Part shown: piece after piece, positions 17,398 through 26,271 of the stretch
Layout: each line of letters opens with the position of its first letter
How positions within the stretch are numbered: position 1 is the first letter of the stretch
Source: an uncultured Gammaproteobacteria bacterium
GTDB taxonomy: Bacteria > Patescibacteriota > Microgenomatia > Levybacterales > UBA12049
DNA length: 39,990 nucleotides
Reading direction: 5' to 3'
Assembly (NCBI GenBank): GCA_964408825.1
Contig: CAYPAU010000005.1
Coordinates: 1 to 39,990, forward strand
Program-made: the position numbers and the translations under genes
The notes under the pieces: model-generated
Database searches by the model: none
The model's input: the letters and a program-made list of their open reading frames with translations, nothing else
What the model was told of the DNA's origin: nothing

Positions 17398-18678
17398 ATG
17401 GCAAGAAGACCTGAAGGCCTACAGGGAGAATTTCGGCTTCTATCTGATGAATTTGAAGACGGAGATTTCAAGCTATTTCTCCCATTCTCTAATCTCAACC
17501 GTTGGGTTGAAGAAGAGGATTTTCTATCTAAGGCTTCCAAAAGACTTGGGGCATGGAAAAGACTCGGTGGAATAAGAGTTTTAAGCTTTTTATCATATGT
17601 TGGACCCGCTCCAGAAAAACAGTATTTCATTGGCTACACACATGATAGACTAGATCATTCCCTGGTCGTTGCCCTAACTGCCGGTGAGATAGGAAGGAGA
17701 AATAATCTTCCTGTCTCATCTATAAATTATCTTGAAGCAGCAGGTCTTTTGCATGATATTGCAACGCCGGCTTTGGGAGATACTGCAAAATCAATCGATC
17801 CAGAAAACCTGGATGAAGAAAAATTCTGGCGTGAATCGCTGGATAATGAAGGAAGAGAATTTCTCAAAAATGAAAACCTAAATCCTCAAAAAATTGATGG
17901 AATTATTAATAACGGCGGAGTATTGGGCCAGATCCTCGACGTAGCAGACAGAATCACCTATACAATGAAGGATCTGCGTAATGTAATAAGATTGATGGGT
18001 AATAAAATAAATGTACGTCCCTATCTTATAGAGATAAGGTATCCTTTATCTCACCATCCTGATATTGGAAATATTTTTAAGGATGTAGCTATAGACCAAA
18101 AAAAAGGGCTAGTTTTTTTCTCCGATCAGGACCGCCTGGGGGTTTTTTTACTTTTTAGAGCCCTCATGCATAAGCATTTATATATGGATCCGACAAGCCA
18201 GGGAAGAGACCTTTTTGTTGCAAACCTTCTAAAACCTCTTTACTCAACCGACGGTTCAAAACCATTTAGTCCGGAAAGACTTAGGGAAATGACAGACAGA
18301 GAAGCCCTTGATGTTCTTGCAGGAAGTTACAATTTTCCGCGGTTAAGAGGCGATTGGATATACACCCAATTAACCAACTGGTATCCAATGCATCAAAGAT
18401 GCGAAACTGTTGAGGATGCAAAAGAAACAGCAAGGAAGATTAGTCATAGATATCTGGTCTTGGGAATAAAAGAATGCAAGGGATTTGATACGGGGATTTC
18501 TTACCTAACCTTGGATGAAGATGGAAACGTTATCCCCTTTAGAGAAGCGGATGTCTCCATGGCAAGACAAATAGAAGAGGTCGAAAGGGCAACGAGAGGA
18601 GTTTTTATTTATTATACCGATGTCTCTAAAGAGAGTCCCATCAATAAACTTTTAGAAGCAACTTATAATTCTTCTTAA
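17398..18678 (+). CDS. HD-domain metal-dependent phosphohydrolase (dGTPase/SAMHD1-like superfamily)
   Basis: H...HD pattern: HDRLDHSLVVAL then AAGLLHDIATPALGD. 426 aa. Confidence 0.7.
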   Translation: MARRPEGLQGEFRLLSDEFEDGDFKLFLPFSNLNRWVEEEDFLSKASKRLGAWKRLGGIRVLSFLSYVGPAPEKQYFIGYTHDRLDHSLVVALTAGEIGRRNNLPVSSINYLEAAGLLHDIATPALGDTAKSIDPENLDEEKFWRESLDNEGREFLKNENLNPQKIDGIINNGGVLGQILDVADRITYTMKDLRNVIRLMGNKINVRPYLIEIRYPLSHHPDIGNIFKDVAIDQKKGLVFFSDQDRLGVFLLFRALMHKHLYMDPTSQGRDLFVANLLKPLYSTDGSKPFSPERLREMTDREALDVLAGSYNFPRLRGDWIYTQLTNWYPMHQRCETVEDAKETARKISHRYLVLGIKECKGFDTGISYLTLDEDGNVIPFREADVSMARQIEEVERATRGVFIYYTDVSKESPINKLLEATYNSS

Positions 18679-18683
18679 ATAGC

Positions 18684-18712
18684 TTGCAGAGTAATAATAA
18701 ATAAAGTAAAAT
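18684..18712 (+). promoter_or_regulatory. Promoter TTGCAG-N17-TAAAAT, with the -10 box 6 nt before rpmF ATG
   Basis: TTGCAG 18684-18689, TAAAAT 18707-18712, ATG 18719. Confidence 0.55.
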
Positions 18713-18718
18713 ACATAA

Positions 18719-18943
18719 ATGCCGCAGGAACCCAAGAGAAGACATTCAAGACAAAGACAAGGCAAAAGAAGACATTCCATAAGTCTTGGAATTCCCCATG
18801 GAGTAACCTGCTCAAATTGCGGAACAGTAAATCTGCCTCATACAATTTGCAAAAAATGCGGATATTACCAGGGTCGACAGATTTTAAATCTTGAGAAAAA
18901 AGAAAAAAAAGAGGATGAAAAATCCACTGGATCCCAGACATAA
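18719..18943 (+). CDS. rpmF: Ribosomal protein L32 with Lys/Glu-rich C-terminal extension
   Basis: MPQEPKRRHSRQRQGKRR plus the zinc ribbon CSNCG...CKKCG. Confidence 0.9.
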   Translation: MPQEPKRRHSRQRQGKRRHSISLGIPHGVTCSNCGTVNLPHTICKKCGYYQGRQILNLEKKEKKEDEKSTGSQT

Positions 18944-19265
18944 AAAAAGACAAAAGATTGTTGAGGATCTATTCAGAAATAGTTTTCTTAAACAACCAAC
19001 AAGACAGGAGGCAAAAAAAATAATTCTTCATTTAGATAAAATTGATAGGAAGATTAAAAAGGCAGCTCCCGAATTTCCAATAGACAAAATAAATAGAGTA
19101 GATCTTGCAATACTACGTCTTGCCATATATGAACTTACTATAGAAAAGGTTCAACCCAAAAAAGTAATAGTAGATGAAGCGATAGAGCTTGCTAAGGAAT
19201 ATGGAGGGGAATCGAGCCCTTCCTTTGTAAATGGTGCTTTAGGAAATATTGTTAACAGGATATGA
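18915..19265 (+). CDS. nusB: Transcription antitermination factor NusB (short)
   Basis: Motifs DLAILRLAIYEL and DEAIELAKEYGGESSPSFVNGALGNI. The ORF is open from 18891, and ATG 18915 is preferred. Confidence 0.8.
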   Translation: MKNPLDPRHKKRQKIVEDLFRNSFLKQPTRQEAKKIILHLDKIDRKIKKAAPEFPIDKINRVDLAILRLAIYELTIEKVQPKKVIVDEAIELAKEYGGESSPSFVNGALGNIVNRI

Positions 19266-19924
19266 AAGACCTTCCAAAATTTAAAAATAAAAAGATTTTC
19301 GAACAGGCATTTATTCACAGATCCTACCTTAATGAAAATAAACAGTACAAAATATCAAATGAAAGATTAGAATTTTTAGGAGATAGTGTTCTTTCTTTTA
19401 TCGTATCCCAATATTTATATACCAATTATCCAAATTTTAATGAAGGGATTCTCACAAACCTAAGAGCAATGCTTGTGAATACCAAAACACTCTGTGAAGT
19501 TGCAAAAGAATTAAACTTTGGGAAGATGCTAAAGCTCTCAAGAGGAGAGGAAGAATCAAAGGGGAGAGAGAACGTGAGTATTCTGGCTGATTGCTTTGAG
19601 GCCTTTATCGGTGCACTTTTTTTGGATAGAGGAATAGGGGCGGTCTCAAAATTTATTGAAACTGTTCTTTTACCAAAGTCTGAGATATTTTTATCTAAAA
19701 AGGTACTCAAAGACTCCAAGAGTCTTCTTCAGGAATCAATTCAGGCAAAAAAACAGATTTCACCTGTTTATAAAGTTATAAAAGAAGAGGGTCCTCCACA
19801 TATGAGAATTTTTACCATCGGAGCATATGTAGAAGATAAACTTGTGGGGCAGGGGATTGGAAAATCCAAGCAGGAAGCGGAAAAAAATGCCGCAAAAGAA
19901 GCTCTTTTAAGATTAAAAACCTAA
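19262..19924 (+). CDS. rnc: Ribonuclease III
   Basis: Signature ERLEFLGDSVL plus a C-terminal dsRBD (GPPHMRIF...GKSKQEAEKNAAKEAL). Confidence 0.93.
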   Translation: MKDLPKFKNKKIFEQAFIHRSYLNENKQYKISNERLEFLGDSVLSFIVSQYLYTNYPNFNEGILTNLRAMLVNTKTLCEVAKELNFGKMLKLSRGEEESKGRENVSILADCFEAFIGALFLDRGIGAVSKFIETVLLPKSEIFLSKKVLKDSKSLLQESIQAKKQISPVYKVIKEEGPPHMRIFTIGAYVEDKLVGQGIGKSKQEAEKNAAKEALLRLKT

Positions 19925-19936
19925 CCTTAGGAACAA

Positions 19937-19969
19937 CCTCGGAGGTCGAAAGGCTAAAGACCTACGAGG
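19937..19969 (+). terminator. Hairpin CCTCGGAGGTC / GACCTACGAGG (10 of 11 bp) downstream of rnc
   Basis: Stem arms at 19937-19947 and 19959-19969 with an 11-nt loop. A T-run follows about 15 nt later, so terminator function is uncertain. Confidence 0.3.
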
Positions 19970-19993
19970 TGGACCTTCAGGATTTTTCAATCC

Positions 19994-20022
19994 TTGAATA
20001 TAAAGAAGGTAAATGATAAAAT
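19994..20022 (+). promoter_or_regulatory. Promoter TTGAAT-N17-TGaTAAAAT, with the -10 box 7 nt before rpsP ATG 20030
   Basis: TTGAAT 19994-19999, TG 20014-20015, TAAAAT 20017-20022. Confidence 0.55.
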
Positions 20023-20029
20023 TACATCT

Positions 20030-20257
20030 ATGTCAGTTGTAATAAGACTCACAAAAACAGGAAAAAAGGGCGAGAGCAAATATAGAATTGTCGTCAAAGA
20101 AAAAAGAAGCAAAAGAGACGGAAAATTTATAGAAATGCTCGGCCAATTTGAGAAGAGAGAAACAGGGAAATCTAAAAACATTAATGTTGAAAGGTACAAA
20201 TACTGGCTTTCTGTTGGCGCCAAACCAACTCCGGCTGTAGCAAACCTCGTTAAATAA
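20030..20257 (+). CDS. rpsP: Ribosomal protein S16
   Basis: MSVVIRLTKTGKKGESKYRIVV matches the S16 N-terminus. The track start 19994 is a TTG that coincides with the -35 box. Confidence 0.9.
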   Translation: MSVVIRLTKTGKKGESKYRIVVKEKRSKRDGKFIEMLGQFEKRETGKSKNINVERYKYWLSVGAKPTPAVANLVK

Positions 20258-20493
20258 TGAAGGACGCCCTATATTACATAGTCTCCTTACTTTCAGAGAA
20301 TAAAGATAAAATCGCAGTCTCCGAGGAAAACGAAGGTGATGTCACAACCTTTAAAATTACTGTGGGTAAAGAAGACATGGGAAAAGTCATAGGAAAAAAC
20401 GGTAAAATAATAAGAGCCATAAGAAATGTTATAAAAATTCCCGCAATAAAACAAAATAAAAGAGTGAATATTCTCCTTGAGGAAACATCCTAA
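20257..20493 (+). CDS. KH-domain RNA-binding protein (UPF0109/YlqC-like)
   Basis: Motif GKVIGKNGKIIRAIRNVI and a conserved position between rpsP and trmD. Confidence 0.8.
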   Translation: MKDALYYIVSLLSENKDKIAVSEENEGDVTTFKITVGKEDMGKVIGKNGKIIRAIRNVIKIPAIKQNKRVNILLEETS

Positions 20494-20508
20494 GTTCTTA
20501 AGCTTCCT

Positions 20509-21219
20509 ATGACTATTTCTATATTGACTCTTTTCCCCGAAATGTTTGAGGGACCGTTCTCTTATTCAATAGTAAAAAATGCTGTCAAGAAAGGGCTTAT
20601 TAAAATAAATTTTGTAAACATAAGAGATTTTGGGCTTTCTAAACATAAGATAGTAGATGACAAGCCTTACGGTGGCGGTAAGGGTATGATTTTAAAGGTA
20701 GATGTTTTATATAAAGCTATAGAGCATTCAAAAAGAAAATTTAAAAAAAATAAAGGTCTTAAGCAAAGAGTAATTCTTCTAGATCCCTCAGGGACAATTT
20801 ATTCTCAAGAAATTGCGGAAAGTTTCTCTTCCCTTGACCATCTCATAATCATATGCGGCCACTACGAAGGATTCGATAACAGAATAAAGAAGTTTATAGA
20901 CATGGAGATTTCAATAGGAGATTATATTCTAACGGGAGGCGAAATTCCCGCTATGGTAGTCATTGACAGCGTTGCAAGACTTTTTAAGGGTGTCTTACCC
21001 TCAGATGTAACTAAATTTGAATCGTTTTCAAATAATAAAAAGCAGACGGTACTTCTTGAGTATCCTCAGTATACAAGGCCTGAAAAATTTAAAAACCTTA
21101 AGGTTCCCAAAGTTCTTCTGTCAGGAAATCATAGGAAGATAAAAGAATGGAGAAGAACACAGTCGGAGAAGATTACCAAAAGTAAAAGACCGGATCTGCT
21201 AAAAGGGGCTGGCCGATGA
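20509..21219 (+). CDS. trmD: tRNA (guanine37-N1)-methyltransferase
   Basis: Motifs ILTLFPEMF, DDKPYGGGKGM, CGHYEGFD, GGEIPAMV and LLSGNH. Confidence 0.93.
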   Translation: MTISILTLFPEMFEGPFSYSIVKNAVKKGLIKINFVNIRDFGLSKHKIVDDKPYGGGKGMILKVDVLYKAIEHSKRKFKKNKGLKQRVILLDPSGTIYSQEIAESFSSLDHLIIICGHYEGFDNRIKKFIDMEISIGDYILTGGEIPAMVVIDSVARLFKGVLPSDVTKFESFSNNKKQTVLLEYPQYTRPEKFKNLKVPKVLLSGNHRKIKEWRRTQSEKITKSKRPDLLKGAGR

Positions 21220-21906
21220 GGTTCCTGAGGGTTGCGCAAGAAAACTGGCAAATGAAGTATCCCATGAAGATATTTTCTCAATAAGCATAGCATGGTCAGT
21301 GCTTATACCGGCAAGCCTTCGACTTCCTGAATAATTACTTGGAACTGCCGATTTATAATAAAAAAAAGTTGTTATGCTCACAGTTCCACCTTTTTGAGTT
21401 ATGCTTTCTACCTCAGATAGTGGGAATGTTTCTGAAAGATTTTTAAGAAAACTTACGGTCTGCCTGGGAGTTCCCTTCAGAGTTAGTGTTAGCTTGACAA
21501 ATGGAAATCCTGACTTAACATCGGAACCTTTTGATAAATCTCCCACATAAAAACTGTAATCATTTAGAGATGCGCCTGATTTACTTGAAGCTAGAGAAAT
21601 TGCATTTATTATCCCTTGGAAATCTTTGTTTGATGGCAAAGCTTTAGAGGCAACTTCAAACTTACTATCAAGATCACTCTCTGAAATTGCCCTAAGAAGT
21701 GTTAAATTGTTATTTAAGATTTTAAATTTCCCAAGCTCAACTGATCTTTCTTTACTTAGTTTTGGAATTTCAATAATCCTTGCAACTACGAAGAAAACAA
21801 ATACAAAAAAACAAACCAAAATGACTCCCCAATAAATCATGTATTTCTTGTACCTGCTATAGATTATTCTGAGAGTCTCAACGCCTATATTAATTTTTTC
21901 TTTCAT
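21199..21906 (-). CDS. pilO: PilO-like pilus assembly protein
   Basis: N-terminal TM, then coiled coil, then a small alpha/beta domain. It is last in the pilMNO order and overlaps the trmD 3' end by 21 nt (convergent). Confidence 0.5.
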   Translation of the reverse strand: MKEKINIGVETLRIIYSRYKKYMIYWGVILVCFFVFVFFVVARIIEIPKLSKERSVELGKFKILNNNLTLLRAISESDLDSKFEVASKALPSNKDFQGIINAISLASSKSGASLNDYSFYVGDLSKGSDVKSGFPFVKLTLTLKGTPRQTVSFLKNLSETFPLSEVESITQKGGTVSITTFFYYKSAVPSNYSGSRRLAGISTDHAMLIEKISSWDTSFASFLAQPSGTSSASPF

Positions 21907-22439
21907 AGTCTCTTTCCTGTAATCGACACCGAATAGAATCCATTTCTACTATCCGCAGTAAAATTTTCTATTGTAAGACTTTCTATTATCTTTTTTTCCT
22001 TTACCAAAGTTATTAAGCCATTTAGGGATTCCTCAATCGAAAGAAGAGATTCTGAGGAGACAACAAGAGATATTTTCTCGCGGTCGATATTGAAAGTATT
22101 TATTGAAGCCTCAGAAGGTATGGTATTTACGATAGATTCCATTACCAAATCATACTTGGGTCTCTTTTCAATTATGTTTTCTATATCTTCTAATTTTTGA
22201 TTTATCAGAATAAGTTTTCCTTCCTTTCCTTTAAGAGTTGAAATACTTTTGAGAACTCCTTCCTCGCGTTTTTTAACCGAAGCAGGCGACAGTTGACTTG
22301 TTATTAAAAAAACCACAACTGCGGCAATTCCGACCAAAGCAAGTGTGGCTATTGCAGAAATCTTTAGTATCTTTATCGTCCTTTCTTCCCGAACGATCTC
22401 CTTGGTTGTGGGAGAAATAAGATTTATGTTAATCTTCAT
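21903..22439 (-). CDS. pilN: PilN-like fimbrial assembly protein
   Basis: MKININLISP... start, a single TM, and 178 aa. It is translationally coupled to pilM. Confidence 0.7.
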   Translation of the reverse strand: MKININLISPTTKEIVREERTIKILKISAIATLALVGIAAVVVFLITSQLSPASVKKREEGVLKSISTLKGKEGKLILINQKLEDIENIIEKRPKYDLVMESIVNTIPSEASINTFNIDREKISLVVSSESLLSIEESLNGLITLVKEKKIIESLTIENFTADSRNGFYSVSITGKRL

Positions 22440-23472
22440 ACTCTCTTAAAGCAAGGCCTATGGCAATTGTATAATCAGGGGCATTATCGATCATGGCTTT
22501 TGGAAGCGTTGTCTCATCCTTTACCACCCTCCAGGGATTTGCAATGACGGTTTCTATGTTGGTTTTGCCGGCAAAATAAAGGTCAATTCCTGGAAGCTTT
22601 GCGGTCCCACCGGTTAGTAGTATCTGTCTTATCGGATCATCGCTCTTGTACTTTTCTGTATAAAACGCCATGGCTTTTAAGACCTCTGTCATTATTGAGC
22701 CTAAGATAGGTTCTGTTGCTTTCCCGATTTTTCCACCAAAGGCTTCTTTTGAAATTCCGTACGTCTTTTTATACTGCTCGGCTTGGTCGGAGGTAAGACC
22801 AAAATCTGAAACCATAGCTCTGTTTATAGTCATACCGCCTGTTGGTATTGAGTAAGTAAAAATCATTATTTCATCTTTTATAAGGGCGATTGTGGTGCTA
22901 ACCGAACCTATATTAATTATGATGCTAGGCGGAAAATTCCCATCAGAAACAAGCGCTCTGACAATGGATAATATTTCAGTCTCAAGAACTTTTATCTTAA
23001 GCCCTGCCATTCCGAGCACCTTCTGATATTTATTTATTAAAAGTGTGGGTGCACCAACTATAAGTACCTGCATTTTTTCCCCCGAAACAGGATCCTTTGG
23101 TTTCTTCAAAATGCTCCAAGCCAAAGAAACGGTAGATAAAGGAACCGGTATGTGCTGTTCTGCCTCCCAGTAAATCGCCGAGGACAATTCCTTATCAGAG
23201 AGATTGGGCATTTCTATTACCTTTGTATAAACTTGATTTTCGGGAAGTGCTATGTTTACAGATTTAGAAGTTATCTTGGCATCAGATACTGCTTTTGATA
23301 TCGAGGTTGCCATCTCCTCCTCATCCAAGGGAGATTCAGACATCATTCCTTTTTGAGGGGAGGGAGACATGATGGAGGCCTCAACGCCAAACCCGTCCTT
23401 GGTTTTTGATAGGGAAACGGCTTTTATAGAGGAGAGGCCTATGTCAAGACCGAAAGATTTTTTGTTATTCAT
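22429..23472 (-). CDS. pilM: Type IV pilus assembly ATPase-like protein PilM (actin fold)
   Basis: GLDIGLSSIKAV start, LLTGGTAKLPG near the C-terminus, 347 aa. Confidence 0.85.
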   Translation of the reverse strand: MNNKKSFGLDIGLSSIKAVSLSKTKDGFGVEASIMSPSPQKGMMSESPLDEEEMATSISKAVSDAKITSKSVNIALPENQVYTKVIEMPNLSDKELSSAIYWEAEQHIPVPLSTVSLAWSILKKPKDPVSGEKMQVLIVGAPTLLINKYQKVLGMAGLKIKVLETEILSIVRALVSDGNFPPSIIINIGSVSTTIALIKDEIMIFTYSIPTGGMTINRAMVSDFGLTSDQAEQYKKTYGISKEAFGGKIGKATEPILGSIMTEVLKAMAFYTEKYKSDDPIRQILLTGGTAKLPGIDLYFAGKTNIETVIANPWRVVKDETTLPKAMIDNAPDYTIAIGLALREYED

Positions 23473-24293
23473 TGAGACTTAGGCGATAATATTCCGTAAG
23501 AAAAGTATTCTATGGGAAGAAACGAGAATCCCTTAAATACGCTTAATCTTCTCTGAACCTCAGAGGATGCACCGGTTGAGACAATGACAGACCCCTGAGA
23601 GGGAATATTTGCTCCTGAAACTGCAATATTTGCATTTTTGTAAATCGGCACAATCCTAGCAAGAGCACCATCACTTACACCTATGACATTTTTAAAATTA
23701 AATGACTTTCCCGAAAGAGTGTAGGGAGGACTTACCTTATCAGGTTTACCAAATCCGTTTCCTCCGGCTCTTGAGTCGCAGGGATCAACAGCATATTTTC
23801 GGGAATTGATCGTCGAGGGATCTGAGGGATTTCCTCTGACCAGTATTATCTCAAGCGCTGCCTCATCGCAACCGACATTGGTGTCTCCCCAATAAATTGT
23901 AAGATCCCCACTCCACCTTGAAGCAGTTGTATTCAAAGATCCATCAGGATTATGAGGCATTAGCCATAAATCAATCCCTTCATCCTGCGGAATAATATTC
24001 CCTCCGTTTAAAGGAAGTTCTGATGTCAGAGCAGAAATCAAATTTGTTTTATAATTTGCGCTATTGCTGAAAGATTCGGGAGATCCGATACTTGTATTGA
24101 TCTGAATGGTTTTTTGAATTCCCGCCTCTGCCGCTGCCAAGGCCTGAGCAGAATTTGCCTCCTCCGTTGAGGTCTTAACATTTGTGATACTTTTTGAAAC
24201 GACTGAGAGTCCGATTGTGAGAGAAACGACCATAACCAGTACAACTATGAGAAGCGTTTGTCCTTCTTGTCCAAAATGAATTTTATTTGGCAT
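23469..24293 (-). CDS. PilX-like / degenerate pseudopilin (N-terminal hydrophobic helix, no canonical G/F site)
   Basis: N-terminus GQEGQTLLIVVLVMVVSLTIGL resembles the PilX N domain. Position in the pilus cluster supports the call. Confidence 0.5.
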   Translation of the reverse strand: MPNKIHFGQEGQTLLIVVLVMVVSLTIGLSVVSKSITNVKTSTEEANSAQALAAAEAGIQKTIQINTSIGSPESFSNSANYKTNLISALTSELPLNGGNIIPQDEGIDLWLMPHNPDGSLNTTASRWSGDLTIYWGDTNVGCDEAALEIILVRGNPSDPSTINSRKYAVDPCDSRAGGNGFGKPDKVSPPYTLSGKSFNFKNVIGVSDGALARIVPIYKNANIAVSGANIPSQGSVIVSTGASSEVQRRLSVFKGFSFLPIEYFSYGILSPKSQ

Positions 24294-24299
24294 ATTTTT

Positions 24300-24329
24300 A
24301 GAGTACCAATCAAGCTTGCCTTATGTCAA
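24300..24329 (-). promoter_or_regulatory. Internal promoter TTGACA-N18-TACTCT, with the -10 box 6 nt before ATG 24293
   Basis: The minus strand reads ccTTGACAtaaggcaagcttgattggTACTCTaaaaatATG. Confidence 0.5.
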
Positions 24330-24355
24330 GGTCATCAAGACCGACAAACAAACTC

Positions 24356-25747
24356 TTAATAATTTCTGACTGTAATCGAGGTCTGAAAAGAGACAGAGGC
24401 TTGATTTTCAGAAAGAGTGCTGCTGCCTTTTGAGATGTTTGCTAAAGTAAAACTGATTGTTATAGTAGGCGGTGAAACTATGCTTTCCTGCCTGCAGGTA
24501 ATCGAGCAGGAAGTGACGCGAACGGAATTTGTATCAACGAGTTTTGTAGTCAAACCGCCGCTGATTGAGGCTATTTGACCATTTTCATCATCTGCCCCGG
24601 GCGTCCCGGACGCAGGAAGACACGAGAAGATCGTTTGCCCGCCGTCAAATGCTGTTACCTTAATGTACTTATAAGCCGGGGCAGGCGTCGGGGACGGACC
24701 CGGAGTAGGGGAAGGGGTGGGAGTAAGAGTTGGAGTGGGAGTAGGAGTAGAGGTCGGAGTAGGAGTAGAGGTTGGCGGGGGCGGAGTATAATATATTGTT
24801 GCGGTAATTTGATCTATGTAAACACTTAAGCCTGTAGAGGCTTGATCGGCATATAGGGAAACACCAAAATTACTGGCTCTAATCTCAGTAGCGCTCCAAG
24901 ACGTCTCTCCCCAGAGATAAGTACCGCTACCGAAAACAAAAAGCTGATCCGAGGTATTTGAAATTGTCAAAGTCTGGGTATTGCCGGTTATTACTCCGGC
25001 TTTTATAGGAGATATAACAAGACGCACCGATCCGGTATTTACTTTCCCCTCGACCTGAAATGAGATGCCCTCAATGGTTGACCCGTCAGGAACGCTTCCC
25101 GGATCAAGATTAAAGCGGAAATCTGTCCCCTTTAGATAGTGAGTTTCTGCTCCCGGATTTAAGGTCTCTTTACCTGTAGAAACATACTTATTATCGCTAG
25201 TTTTAATTTCCGCAGGCTTATCCCAGTTAATAGTACCCGTTGCTCTGGTTGCAGTTGTTGCAGAATTAGGAAATTTCTGAGTCGAGACTGCGGCAGCGAC
25301 ATCCTGCTTAGGACCAGTCTCTCTTATTCCAAATTTTGGAATTAAACTCGCCAAAAAAGATACAGTCTTCTTCCCCAAATTCCGGAGTCGCAAAGTAAAA
25401 CCCTGAGGCTCTTTTTCTGCAATTTCCTTAGGATTTGAGAATGTGATAGGCGCGGTACAATTTTTTGCATAGCTTTCTACAAGGAGGGGATTCGAATCCA
25501 TGCTTACGCCGTCAAAAGATCTTGAGTACTTTATCATTCTTCCCATCTGCTCAATCGCATAATTCCCGTTTCTTCTTACTGTATCAAGAGAGCTTGCCTT
25601 ATTTGATCCCCGAAGAGAAGAGAAGAGAATTCCAACCACCATACTTCCGATCACCATAACAACAATTATCACAACCAGAAGCTCGATTAGGGTAAACCCA
25701 TTCTTTAATTTAAAATTTGAAATTTTAAATTTTAAATTCATCGTCAT
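24356..25747 (-). CDS. Large modular type IV pilin-like protein (463 aa) with an inserted beta-rich module and a Pro/Thr linker
   Basis: Class III signal KLKNG/FTLIELLVV, the linker PPPPTSTPTPTSTPTPTPTLTPTPSPTPGPSPTPAP, and a Cys-containing C-terminal segment. Confidence 0.75.
   Translation of the reverse strand: MTMNLKFKISNFKLKNGFTLIELLVVIIVVMVIGSMVVGILFSSLRGSNKASSLDTVRRNGNYAIEQMGRMIKYSRSFDGVSMDSNPLLVESYAKNCTAPITFSNPKEIAEKEPQGFTLRLRNLGKKTVSFLASLIPKFGIRETGPKQDVAAAVSTQKFPNSATTATRATGTINWDKPAEIKTSDNKYVSTGKETLNPGAETHYLKGTDFRFNLDPGSVPDGSTIEGISFQVEGKVNTGSVRLVISPIKAGVITGNTQTLTISNTSDQLFVFGSGTYLWGETSWSATEIRASNFGVSLYADQASTGLSVYIDQITATIYYTPPPPTSTPTPTSTPTPTPTLTPTPSPTPGPSPTPAPAYKYIKVTAFDGGQTIFSCLPASGTPGADDENGQIASISGGLTTKLVDTNSVRVTSCSITCRQESIVSPPTITISFTLANISKGSSTLSENQASVSFQTSITVRNY
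25704..25738. repeat. Heptamer array (TNAAATT x5) encoding the signal-peptide start of the large pilin
   Basis: tttaatt taaaatt tgaaatt ttaaatt ttaaatt. The coding strand gives MTMNLKFKISNFKLKNG. Confidence 0.8.
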
Positions 25748-26271
25748 GGATAGACCGGCGTAATGGGTTTAAAAAAACACGATGTGAGAGAAACCTTATG
25801 CCAAAATTGACTGACACTCGGACACTTTCCGTCTGACCATTTTACAGTAGACGTCACCCTACCGTTATTTGGGACTGCTGGAGTTGGTGTTACGCCGCAT
25901 ACGTTTTGCTCTACTCTTAGTTCTCTGACGAAAATTCCTACGTTTTGGGGGCAACTTTGTCCGGCAGGAAGCGGAGTAGGAACAACGCCTCCCTGGGGAA
26001 GACAGTAGTAATTGCTGTATCCTGAAAAAGTTCCCCAATTTGACTGAGAAGTGTTACGCAGAACATCCAGTCCCTCTTGCGCAAATTGAGTCGCCTGATT
26101 TTGGTTTATTCCGAACTGCTCATTTGAAAGAGATGAGATAACTACCGCAACAATTGCAGACATTATAAGTGTTGCCGCTCCCAGGGCAACCATTACCTCC
26201 AAAAGTGTCTGTCCACTCTGAACTTTTAACAATTTAACAATGTAGCAATTTAACAATTTCTTTTTACTCAT
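25744..26271 (-). CDS. Minor pilin-like protein (degenerate prepilin signal G/QTLLEV)
   Basis: KVQSG/QTLLEVMVALGAATL and a 4-nt overlap with neighbours on both sides. Confidence 0.65.
   Translation of the reverse strand: MSKKKLLNCYIVKLLKVQSGQTLLEVMVALGAATLIMSAIVAVVISSLSNEQFGINQNQATQFAQEGLDVLRNTSQSNWGTFSGYSNYYCLPQGGVVPTPLPAGQSCPQNVGIFVRELRVEQNVCGVTPTPAVPNNGRVTSTVKWSDGKCPSVSQFWHKVSLTSCFFKPITPVYP
26224..26259. repeat. Octamer array (ATTTAACA-like x4) in the 5' end of the minor pilin ORF
   Basis: ttttaaca atttaaca atgtagca atttaaca. It encodes LLNCYIVKLLK. Confidence 0.75.

Noticed and set aside
19994-20029. The TTG start at 19994 for rpsP, as given in the ORF track.
   Set aside because: TTGAAT at 19994 fits a -35 box (N17 to TGaTAAAAT), and ATG 20030 yields the canonical S16 N-terminus MSVVIRLTKTG.
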